A model generated the notes under the pieces. The model ran no database searches. It saw only the letters and a list, made by a program, of their open reading frames with translations, and was not told the origin of the DNA. From positions 558,001 to 622,000 of the forward strand of contig JBHGNT010000018.1 in NCBI GenBank assembly GCA_043228905.1: DNA of 64,000 bases, read 5' to 3'. The position numbers and the translations under genes are program-made. Shown here in pieces: positions 52,307 through 64,000 of the stretch (positions within the stretch are counted from its first letter, which is position 1; every line of letters begins with the position of its first letter). The DNA comes from Azolla caroliniana. Lineage: Eukaryota; Plantae; Polypodiophyta.

Positions 52307-54330
52307 TGTTACCGGCCGGGAAAGTAGTTCAGAGTGTGAAACGAAGGAGTTATTTATTAAGGAATGGTTGTAAGTAAGCTATTAGTGTGGACGGACGGAC
52401 CGGAATCAGTATGCCGTTCCGGATCCGGACCGATCCCGAACAGGTGCGGATGGCACCGTTTTGTACTACAAACCGGAAACCTATTTAAAGGCTCGGATAC
52501 AATGTAATGAGCAGCGGATAATTAATGAAGCTTAGTGTTTTTATCTCTCTGTGTTAATTGCCGTTCTGCATTCATTGTTATATCTTAGGCGTGTGATTAT
52601 TAAGTACGATCTTGCTAAGTAACCTAATTAAGTCGGATTAATCGTTGAGCCTAATCCTCTTGCCGTAACACCCCTTTGGTGAAGTGTCTTCCGTAGACAC
52701 CCTGTGTTAGGCCATTGACCGGCCCTAAGAGTTAACACAGTTTTTGGCGACCACGATTCCTGTTTTTGCAGCGAACGACGACATGAATGGATGACTAGAT
52801 CAACGCACGACCTGGTTACAGATCGAACTCGACGCCTTGCCGAAAGGCAAAGGAGACGTGAGGCTTTCCAGCAAGCGGTGCAGGAAATTACAGCGGATCG
52901 CTCGTTTTCCAACGTAATCTGGAGAGTAGCGGAGGAGTCCCCCCGGTTACAGCAAACATCGCACCCGGACGACGGCAGCAGCCTAATAAGCCTCCAGGAA
53001 ACTGAATCCCTTCTCCAGGCGTTGGCAAGCGGAGAAGGCGAAGCAGAAGCCTTTTCAGCGTATGAATCGGATTCCGAAGGGGGATACAACGTGCACACGA
53101 ACTACCGTAGTAGCAACGACACCCCGAGCGGACCGAAGGACGAAGGATCGGACACCTTACCGACACCGGAACCGGAAGTGCTAAGGCTAGAACCTCTGGA
53201 ACCAGAAGCAGAGGAAGAGCGACCTTCGACACCGGAAGTCGAGGAGGAGAGGCCTCCGTCACCAAAAGAAGAGGAAAGACCACCGACGCCGGAGAAAAAC
53301 CAGGAATGACCACCAACACCACCAGCCTGTGCACCGATACCGGACGACGACATGTCGTTCCAGTACTCTAAGTATAGAGATGATTCGGACGTGGAAGCTC
53401 ATGTTCACGCCTTTGAACAGACATGGGAAACAAACCATGTGTCCCAGCGATTGACCCCGGAGGAAGAGGAACGCTCTAAGATAGCGGAATTTGGCGTCAC
53501 ATTGGAGGGACCGGCAGCAAGATGGCGTCGGACGCAGGACCCGTCTACCATCACCACCTTCGCAGATTTAAAAGCTAAATTCTTGCATTTTTTCCAAAAG
53601 GAGGTGGACCAGACAGTAATGGTGGGCTTGTTTTATACCATCCGACAGGAGGAAGGGGAGAGCATTCCCCAGTTTGTCATCCGGTTTCAACGGATGCATT
53701 GTCAGCTAGCCCGCGTACCCCCGGAGGAGGAATTACGGACTATATTCCTAAATGCGCTCCGGGAACCCCTACGCAGGGTTTGCACGGTAATTGACTTCCG
53801 CGCAAGTACCATCGACCAGGTCATTGACCGGGTGAGAGAGATGGAAAAGACAAGCTCCTGGCTAACACTGGGAGCACTCCAACGGGCGTTACCGTCCGAT
53901 GAAGACCTCCGGTTTCGGCAAGCAATACAGTGCACAACCTGCTTGAATTCCGGACACTCACCACTAGAATGCACTATGAGGACGCAATGTGTAATTTGTC
54001 AATCCAAGGGCCATACGACGGATAGGTGCGAGTATAATCTATTGAACCGGCAAGCACCGCCCGTTCGACAAATAGAGCCACGCAGCAGCCGGGATGAAGA
54101 AGAGGAACGTTGGCGGCGAATGGACCGATACCGACTGGCACAGGATGTCCGGTATGGAGATCGACGGGAGAATGATGTCTGGTACGATGATCGGCAAGAT
54201 AACTACGACCGGCACGATAGAAATGATCGGTACCGGGATTACAATAGACGATACGAACATTACGACCGGGAGCACTCCCCCGGGTATCGACAGCAACGGG
54301 AGGAATACGACAGATATAGCGACCAGACTT
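52307..54330 (+). mobile_element. Family-F LTR retrotransposon 5' part: LTR about 52307-52737, PBS TGGCGACCAC, gag with one in-frame stop
   Basis: ORFs 52791-53309 and 53352 onward are in the same frame; retrotrans-gag-like core (IRQEEGESIPQFVIRF) and two CCHC knuckles; truncated. Confidence 0.8.
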
Positions 54331-55224
54331 TCTTGAAACATTTGGCCTTAGATTAGTGTTTCTCCCAAACTGATTATTGGCACCTGGACTAAGCCTATCA
54401 AAAACATTATCGTTGATGCTTTTTCCAAGATGTTTTTTGAGCCCCTGCAAGACATTAATGAATCTCTTTTTTCCTTTTTTTCTCCATAAACCTCTATCAT
54501 CCTCCCTCTCTTTATCATATTGTGCCTATCCCTAATTGATAAATAGTATTTTGGCTACAATACCATGTTTCATAAAACCAATAAACCTGGATCAAAGACC
54601 TTGAAGACTGAAAGGGTTAATCCTTGATGTTTGGAAAGGGGTTTGGGTCACTACATAAAATCTGAAAGCAGCAAAACAAGGCCACCTCCATAACACAAAT
54701 GGGCTTCACTCATATCAATTCTATATGCAATAACCCACACCTCTACGTGGGATCACTTACAAGCAAAGGTCATTGAAAACCTTGAGAAGGAGAAACATAT
54801 GGCCATTCAGAAGGATGGAAGTGTACTTGGAGAGTGGACAACTGAAATATTCAAGATCATCATGCATATCTAAATCCCTGACATAGCAAGACAACACATG
54901 TCCAATACATAAAGAAGCTACATGAGGAAACAACACAGATACAACATGAAGTGTCTCTCTAAGAAGGGAAGCAAACTGACTATGTGAATTGAAAGCAAGA
55001 ATACGAGACAAAGAGGATGAAACCCTCAATCTAGTTCAAGTAAAGGATAAAATCTCAGGACATGACCTATCTAAAAGAGAAAATAGAGAAATGTAAGTTT
55101 CCAGGAAAAAACAGATGCCAAAAAGCAAGAAAATCCTTTCAAATTAAGGTGAAAAATGACGGAGACGATGTCCCTTAAAACGAGAGAGAGCTCGCAAAAT
55201 ATTCACTTCAAAGAGAATATTACC

Positions 55225-56035
55225 TGACTTGGACTACTGTCATTGCCACCGGCTGCTTCAGCTTCCCACTGTAACCATAGTTCTTGAACAACGCCTTTCT
55301 TCTACTGCTATCTGTGACCATAGTTCTTGAACCCTTTTCTCAGACTGCAAAGCCAAACAGACATCATACAGACAGACATCCAATCAATAAGTTATAAATT
55401 TATATGGAAGACTTGAGAAATGCATAACGCGAACTTTGAACATATTTCAAAACATCAAAGATGGTTAGAACACATTGCGTGAAATTAAAACATGCCACAT
55501 TAATACAGTGAAACAACGATTGGTCACAAAAATTGGATGATCCATAAGTACCTTCTTTGTTTCATATAGTAAAAATTCATTATCAGACCAGCTCTAAAAA
55601 CCAGTTTCTAACAAATTCAGCTTGACGTACACAAAATTACAAGTGCGTTCAATAGTTTTCTTGGCTCATATGGTAAAACTCCAAATTCCAGAAACCATAC
55701 ATACAACAAATCACTAATTTTTGTACACATTAAAAACATTAATTTCTTGTAAACATCCAGTGACAATCCAAGCAAACAAAGAGTGTTGTCACCTGCTCAA
55801 AACATTAGGCAATTGACAAGCATAATCATTGGTCCTGATTGAAACCACAGCTGGAATTCGTCTTTCAACTCCCTGCTCTGTTTTCATAAATTCTAAAACT
55901 ACTTTTAAGTTTGCTTTTACAAAAAGCGTTTTCTGCTTTTCTGTTACATCTTCTGCTTTTGACTCTTTCTGAGAAGGTGCATAAACACACTTATTCTCTG
56001 CATGATTTACATTGTGACACCTATAATCTCTCCCA
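55225..56035 (-). pseudogene. Possible exon remnants of an unidentified host gene
   Basis: Segments at about 55793-56035 (ends CAG|GTGA) and 55225-55344 (CAG|...|GTAA; SEKRVQELWSQIAVEERR followed by an internal duplication). Confidence 0.3.
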
Positions 56036-57793
56036 ACATGTAACATTTGCATGCTTTTCAAACCTATGTTTACAATCTAATACTACTATATGATGCTAAA
56101 TTGATTCACCCCATACATATACAAATTCTTCAATGGAAAACCTTACTAATGCATCAAATAGGGCAATGAGTAGTTCTCAAAAACAATTATACATGCTCAC
56201 TCATAATCGTGTACAATATGACCACTCATCAAAACATTCAATGTGCTAATCTCTCCAAGCACATCATAAAAAATTAGAACAAAAGTTGCACCCACTACCA
56301 ATAAGGTCTCTTTACATTTTCTCATAATAATAAACTTTCAAATAAAATAGTTTGAACAAGATGTCGTGTACAAAGATCAAACAAAGGATGACGGATGGAT
56401 TCATCTAAATGCTAGAAGCAATGATTAAAGATCAAAGTTTGAGATACACGGATTACAACATAGCCTCAACTATGTGGTAGAAAATTTAAAACTATCACAT
56501 TCAAGTCTATATTCAAAAAGTTCATGAGCAAGAGGGCATCTCCCTCATGGATGGCTGATCAATTGCATAGTTTGATGTTCTAGACCTATTGGTATGTAAT
56601 GCAGATATCAATTGGGAGTACAATAAAGATATGTGCAAATGGTTAGGTGCACGATCTAGTAAATCCACTCACTTGCTATAATAGATGTAATGTACATTCC
56701 TAGATATGGAATGTTGTGATGAAGATAACCACAGTGTAGATTGCCTTAAAGTTGAGACCTTTTCATCTTGGTTTTGTAGATACAAGGCCCAATATAACAA
56801 CCTTGACCTTGGAAATCTTGGTACAGGAGCTAAGGATTTAATGGAGTCAAAACCCGTAGCATGGGTAATTTGATTGTAAGTTTTGTTTCCTATGCAAGTG
56901 ATAGTACCTTACCGTCCAACTCTAACTTGAGTAGGCCTTATCAAACCTAAACAGCCACATGGAAAAGAGACGGAATCCCTACAACCAAAAACCCTAAACT
57001 TGTAAGTAGACCACAAATCAAAGAAGCAATCTTGATGAGTGAGTGAATGTCCATGGGGTAGTGGTTGAGGGCTTCGATAAACACATTGCAACCTAACTAT
57101 TGTGCGAATACATAAATACAAGATCTTACCAATTTGGCTAAGCCTTCTTTTCGTTTTCAAATAGAACTCGTGTTTCCTCATATGTGTTCCCCACATCATG
57201 ACAATATTGAAGATTGAAAAGGAGCTAATCCTAGTGAAAATGATAAATGATAGTACAACATATGAAGCATCAATAATTCTAGCTAGCATGGGATTCCTAT
57301 TGGATAGAAGCGACAACACCTTGTCATCAATAAGAATTTTCAGTAAGACATGTCACACATCAACAAGAGTGTGAACACTCCATGCGGGATATGCACCAAC
57401 ACACATGTCTTCCAATTGGTTAGAATTCAATCTCGTGACCGAGGTCATGATATACTTATCGTTAACCACTAACACTTTGTGTATCATTACTTAAGTGAAA
57501 TATTAATCTACCTTCATCCAATAGTTAAAGAGCAAAACACAAAGCCCTTGATTATTAACAATATCCTTCAAAACACAAAGCCCTTGATTCCCAAGATTTG
57601 AGAATACACATGGAGATGACCTATGACACTCCTCTCCGGTGTATTATGACTTAAGTGAACTCTAGTGAAGCCTCCTCCTCTCTTGGAAGAGTCAATAGCA
57701 ACCAAGAAACTAAATTATGGTTAGATTATTAACAACATGGTTCAATGTGCACAAAACCCTTTGAACAAGCCAGGATTCGAAGAAGATCCGTTG

Positions 57794-58201
57794 AGATGCA
57801 ATCCCTTATGGATATATAAGATGTGTGGTATTATTAGCAAAGTATGTGTAGCTGCAAGCATAAAGCACAAGACAAATAAAATGGAGATCTGGTTCCAAAG
57901 GTCTTAAGAGGAGGAGATATTGGTGGTTCAGATGCAATCCCTTATGGATATATAAGATGTGTGGTATTATTAGCAAAGTATGTGTAGCTGCAAGCATAAA
58001 GCACAAGACAAATAAAATGGAGATCTGGTTCCAAAGGTCTTAAGAGGAGGAGATATTGGTGGTTCAGATGCAATCCCTTATGGATATATAAGATGTGTGG
58101 TATTATTAGCAAAGTATGTGTAGCTGCAAGCATAAAGCACAAGACAAATAAAATGGAGATCTGGTTCCAAAGGTCTTAAGAGGAGGGGATATTGGTGGTT
58201 C
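57794..58201. repeat. 136-bp tandem repeat x3 covering the MC-C stop codon and 3' UTR
   Basis: Units start at 57794, 57930 and 58066, essentially identical; single copy in the paralogue at 13216-13335. Confidence 0.95.
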
Positions 58202-59430
58202 GCGCGCAAATGAAGGGGGCATCGGCATTGGCATCGGCGCAGTAGAGGCCGGGCCGCTGATTGAGGTTTTGTTTACTGAGGAACTTGCGGACCTCGGTGA
58301 CAAGCCCATGGTTAGTGATGGGTTGGTTGGTAGACCTGATGGTTTGGATGATGGCGTTTGTGAGGGCACCGTAAGCCTTATTGTCGGTGCCATACCTCAG
58401 GTCTGCAGATACCTCTTCACTTTGGCACCCACTCACAAGGACACTCATGCCCTTGCCATGCCCATGCCCATTTCCATGATTGCCTTCCTTGTCTTGTTCA
58501 CTGGCTTCTCCTTGCTCAAAAATCACATATTCCTCCCCAAACACTTCTTCCAAATTTATCTTCCTGCTCTTCAGATCCGATTCCTCGATATTCCCCATAA
58601 ACTTCTCCCTCAACACTTTCCTCAATGTATCGGCCGACAGGCACCTGTTTCGTACCTTCACGTCATCGGCACACTCGTTCTCGATTTGACCGGGATTCTC
58701 GATGTGACCGGGATTCTCGATATGACGAGGATTCGTGTCTTCATCCTTGTTTCGGCATTGCGTGTTCGCAACCGAGGACTTGAAGAAGCTTTCTCCGATT
58801 TGCTCCTTTTCGTGCTCGATAAGCCCTCCACTATGGCAAGAATCCGCGACTATGGTGAGCGTGACATCGGGAGGAAGCTTATTGACCAAGAATCGAAAGG
58901 CGTCATCTGCACAACATCATGAAGGAAACACATACATATGTAAATTCATTAATGAATCTCATCAAAGTCTACTAAACTCTAAACCCTAAACCCTGTTCTC
59001 ATAAGCGAAGTTGGATCTTATCTACTTTCGCCTTAAGACTGAGGATGTATGGCCTTTGGGTCATGTTTGGGCACATACCATTGATGAGTTTAGCATCAGA
59101 AGTGAAAATGCATTCGTCGTGGCCCGTTTCATCTACGTCTCCGGGTTCGGGGTCCACGCGGACACCATGGCCACTGTAGTGGAAGAAGAGGACATCTCCA
59201 GACTTCGATTGGAAGATGAGGTCTTTGAGAGCCTGGCAGATTATAGCGGCCTCGGGTTTAGGGGATTGGCCATCGGTGTCGATGAGCACCTTGATGTCTT
59301 CCCGCAAGAATCCGTAGTATCCTATTAGGACATTGCGCATGAGCTCCACATCATTCACACATCCATAGAGCTGATTTTGAATTCCCCAGCTCGGGTAGTT
59401 ACAGCCCACTAACACAGCCTTCTTACCCAT
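58176..59430 (-). CDS. Type II metacaspase (MC-C), apparently intact, 360 aa, short linker; exons 59430-59079, 58906-58176
   Basis: [41 protein letters not shown]...APFIC; GT-AG phase-1 intron at the same position as in MC-A. Confidence 0.95.
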
Positions 59431-59777
59431 CAGATTACAAACTGTATTTGATTATATGCTACTATCTCTTTCTCTCTCTCTCTCCCTTGTGTGCTTGATC
59501 AAACTTAGATATGTTGTATATAATAAGACTCCTTCCTTGGTCTAGTTGTCTCTTGTTTTGGTCTGAATTGGCCCATTTTGAAACTCTTTATAAGAAGCCT
59601 TTATATAGTTTTCTCTATCTCAGGGGGTTCTCATCGCTAATGGTTTATTTAGATGTAAGACCATTTCAGTATCTCCCTGCAAATTGGTCAATGTAGGGTT
59701 TAGAGAACCGGTCTTGGTCTCCCCCACAGGCTTATTATCCCATCATGGCTTTCCTGAGTCTGTGGGTCAAATCCATA

Positions 59778-59782
<5 letters not shown>

Positions 59783-59827
<45 letters not shown>
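59783..59827. repeat. (CT)n microsatellite
   Basis: Direct observation. Confidence 0.9.
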
Positions 59828-59829
<2 letters not shown>

Positions 59830-62547
59830 GCCAATCAGACAGTAACCGCGTTCCATAGTCTACGCAAAACAACAAAACACAGAAAACGATCGAATGCTAC
59901 CCAGTTGCAGATATCAATCAGAAGGTCTTTAAGAGAGGCTGAAGAGTCTCAACAAAGGTGCTTAAAAGTCAAGGGGAAAGTGGGGGGGTAGGCCTTGTGG
60001 GTCAAGCCCAATTGTCTCTTCAATCACCTAAGGAAAGTCAATGAAGAGTGTCTATGCAATGAGTGAGGAAAGTCAATGTAAAAGTGGCTTTTTATAATTT
60101 GGTCATGTCCCAATGAAAATGATGTGAGCTCCACTTGGTGGCCCCAGCCTTCCGTTTAGTTTGTTAAAGATCACGACAAAGTCTCATCGAGTTATGAGGA
60201 TATAAAGACAAAACAATATTTACGACTTACAAGTGGAACATTAAAGAAGTAACGGTTACGAAGACGTACTGTACTGGCTATCTTCTTCGTTACTTCTCGT
60301 GTATAATATATATATATATTGAATATAGTATGAGAATAATGTGTGTGGAATTAGTTTTTAGTTGTGACATCGAGTTTCTTACATTTGTAATTGAGTTACC
60401 CTAATATCAAGTCTACCTTGTTCTACTTTGCTATCAAACCTCCCTAATTGTTTAGTTTTTGCCAATTCATTCTAGTTTTCTTACACCATTGATTCACATG
60501 GCCTCTGGCCTCCTCTTCCCATGACTCCGATCTTGGACTAGGCATCGCTCTCGAGTCAAGGCAACTTATCGTAAAACATACCCACAACATCACCCGTTCA
60601 AAATAGACTTCTTTTTTATTTCATCTCTTTCACTTGGAATTGTCTCGTTGAGATGCACATAGGATGTACTTCGATGTGACCTAGAACTCTAACCCTTAGA
60701 CCTTCTCCCACCAAGTATATTCAATACATGGGGTTTGAATTCAAATTCTACTTCCGTATCAAACCTCGATATTAGAACCTTTTCTGTAACACTAAGTGAC
60801 GTGGATGAAAGTGGATGAAAAGATGGCCCCAAGTTGGGCATCAAATTGCCATTTTATATTAAGTTGGAGATCCTAAAGGGTTCCTTTCATATTATAGACC
60901 CATTGGCACTAGCCATTGCCACTTGCACACATATGATATACGACCAATATTGTAGAATTGAATTAGTAAGCTATAACACTATTCCCATTTATGTACAATC
61001 ATTTATGTACATCAAGCAACTCAGATTTGACCCAATCATGGCTTCCTTTAACTCATGTTCGATCCATGTCCAAGAGTTCATGATTGAACCAAGGGTCTCC
61101 CTCTTGTGCACACAATTGATCCAAATATTGAATTTCATCGTTGATGCTTCTACTACACAAAATCAAGCTTGCTCCTAACCCACGTTTGATTGACATGATT
61201 GAACCAAGGAATAGAAACTTACATAAAATTGATCAACCTCTAGAATCACAAATTTTGGCTAGACCCCTAACTAAACACACTATCACAACCCCGATCATGT
61301 GCGGTTGACGTGGTCAAAACAATGATTTTGTGGAGAACTCACATTAATGAATCTAGATTCCTATCAAAGCTCCTGCAACTTACAAATATATTCTTAGAGC
61401 TTGCAAACAAAGGGATTCATGAGACCTAAATTATACATGCTCCACCTATGCTCATACATGATTACCTACATATTTGTATGTACAATGAGCATTCATTTAC
61501 TCATATATATATGCATGAACTTTCACACACACATTACCCAAGTACGAATTCACTCTTACATCTACACATATAATAAACTCACACACATACACAAGCATGC
61601 ATGATTAATGTACACACTTATATTGACACGTATAAATTTATATGTATACACAATCATACACGACTTAATGCTCACACAAGAAACATACATTTACTAACAT
61701 ACATACTCATATAAATTTATGTCCATATACATAAGCATACATAACTCATACAAACATAAACTACACTCACATCCACACACACGAACACGCACATACAATC
61801 CATGGTAAGTACTTACATCGACAACTATTAACACACATATACATACATGATTATACATGCACTTGTAGAGACAAAACACATCGAAACACAACCATGCATG
61901 TGTGTGTACATTCATTGACAAAATCCACGAAACAATTGTGGTGGGACTATCTCCCTAGGTGTAGGACCCTACGGGGTTTTCACACACACATGCTTTTAAT
62001 TCCATTATGTTGCATCAAGGAACTCTTGTTTGTCTCATTTCTACACTCTCAATGTCCACTCTCCTCTATGTGGGTTCCCGCACTTTTAATATACGATTGT
62101 TTGCCTAAGGAATTTATGGAAAAGTTTACCAATTACATCAAACAATGATCTAATCATGAATTGCTTATACGAGTGTTTGTCTAAGGAACTTAAAGAACTT
62201 ATGGAGCCAAATTAGATGTGTTGTTTCCAAGTGCTTTCCACCAAGCACATGTCTTTTAAATCGTGGGCGAGAGTGGGGCTTGAGCTACTAACACTTGTGT
62301 ATTATGACTTATTGAACTCTTAATCCCCTCACTTGAATAGTTATTTTAACCAAGACGCAAGATTTATAGGTAGGTTATTAACAAAATATGGTGATACACA
62401 AAACCCATGAATCTTAGGACTTGAGAATATCCATGAGATGCAATCCGTTATCAATAATATGTGTAAATTATTAAAAATATAGACGTGTAGCATAAAGCCC
62501 ATGAACTAAAATGGAGACTAATGCATAACAGTCATGTTATTTGAGGT

Positions 62548-64000
62548 TCAATTAGGGGAGCTCTTGCTAGGTGGCTGGCAAATGAAGGGAGCATCGGCAT
62601 TCACATCATTACAATAGAGACCGGGTTGTTGACTAAAGCCTTGTGAGGCGAGGGCCTTACGAACTTGTGTGAAGATGTGGCGGTTGGTGATTGGTATGTC
62701 ACGCTCGATTGACTCAATGGTGGTACGGATAGCGTTAGTGAGGGCACCATAAGCAAGGCCACCATTCGTGGGGGTCGCGTCTGCCGATATTTGGCTACTT
62801 TGGCACCCACTCACAAGGACACCCATACTATGACCTTGTTTGTGTCTGCCATCCTCATACCCACTAGCATTCGTATGATCTTCACTAGATTCTTGTTCTA
62901 AACATTGGCTCTCAGGTTGTGAATCTATTACTTTTCTTACCAATCCCTTAAACTTGCCTTGTCCTTTTTGTTCGCTATTATCCCATCCCTTGAGAGATTG
63001 CACGAATCTCTTCACCCTCGGGCTCACATCGTCCCCAAAAACGTCGACAAAAGTTTCCCTTATGTTTCCTACATGAACATCATCTTTCCCCGACTTCTCC
63101 TTTCACACCTTCAACAAAGAATCCAATGGCAACGACTTGTTTTGTATCTTGATATTATCTCCTCCATGGTATTGATTGGTACAATCCGGATTTGCACTCC
63201 CATCCTCGTCATTTCCATATCTTCCCCTTGAAGATTTGAAGCTTTCTCCAATTAGCTCCTTTTCACGTTCAATAAGACCTCCACTATGGCACGAATCCGA
63301 GACTATGGTTAGTTCGACATCATGAGGAAGCTTATCAACCAATGAACAGAAATCTTCATCTACAAAACATGAGATAAAGTACCACAGATTGATATGAAAG
63401 TAAGTACACATAATTTGATGGATCCACAATAAGTTTCAAGGTCTCGATGCTCACTAGGAAAAACCCATTTTAATCCCACTCTGGTATTGCCATGGGTCCC
63501 AACAATTAACCCACTAAAGAAGGTGTCTCATGTCTAGAGTAATATTACTGTCTCTACAGATCCTACACAATTAATATTGCAACCATCTGAACTATTACTA
63601 TGGCCTACCTATTGCCATAGCTCATCTAGAAGGAGAATGGGCTTGTTGTCCATCAATTAGGTTGTGTCACCAATGACATTAGGTTCTAGGCTCAAGCTAG
63701 ATCATTGTTTTTATTGAGAGGAGAAAGTACTTTGGACTCGGTAATACTAACCACAGTCAAGTTTTGTCATTGGAGACAATACATACCATTGATGACATTT
63801 TTGTCGTTGGGGACGATACATTCGTCGAAGCCGGTCTCATCATTCTGATCGGGGTCAGCTTTAATGCACATACCATGGCCACTATTGTGGAAGAAATGGA
63901 CATCCCCAGGCTTCGATTGGCCGATGAGCTCTTGGAGAGCCCGACGAATGGTGATCCCCGTGGGTTTAGGGTACTTGTCATCGGTGTCAATGAGCACTTT
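62548..64000 (-). pseudogene. Type II metacaspase (MC-D), 5' end outside the window; exons >64000-63787, 63359-62548; in-frame TGA at 63105-63103
   Basis: [43 protein letters not shown]..., VLVSGCQ, QQPGLYC...APFIC; both sides of the stop are in one frame. Confidence 0.85.

Noticed and set aside
45051-58201. 165-bp and 136-bp arrays as CRISPR-like loci
   Set aside because: Whole units repeat with no unique spacers, there are no cas genes, and the context is eukaryotic
61400-61920. ORFs in the AC/AT-rich tract
   Set aside because: Degenerate (CATA/CA)n low-complexity sequence

Overview
Eukaryotic, TE-rich plant-type nuclear DNA, probably from a non-seed land plant (inferred from Tcn1-like and fungal-like Ty3/gypsy lineages), with one 100-N gap. 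The host content is a tandem-derived cluster of two-exon type II metacaspase genes in several states. Two look intact (23410-24852 +, 59430-58176 -). One has a single nonsense codon just after the predicted autocleavage site (>64000-62548 -). One has lost both catalytic residues and most of p10 but gained about four 55-aa linker repeats (43603-45596 +). There is also a decayed pseudogene (about 33100-34370) and a locus from which the gene was deleted, leaving its flanks (junction about 13213). Complementary half-retroelements at about 2733 and 49397 indicate that about 46.7 kb was inverted, which explains the opposite gene orientations. The rest is nested Ty3/gypsy elements and solo LTRs, a copia remnant, a LINE and hAT elements/MITEs. 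One hAT element carries captured CCB4-like exons. One LTR family has TG...TA ends, and one element has tRNA-Arg-like motifs next to both LTRs.
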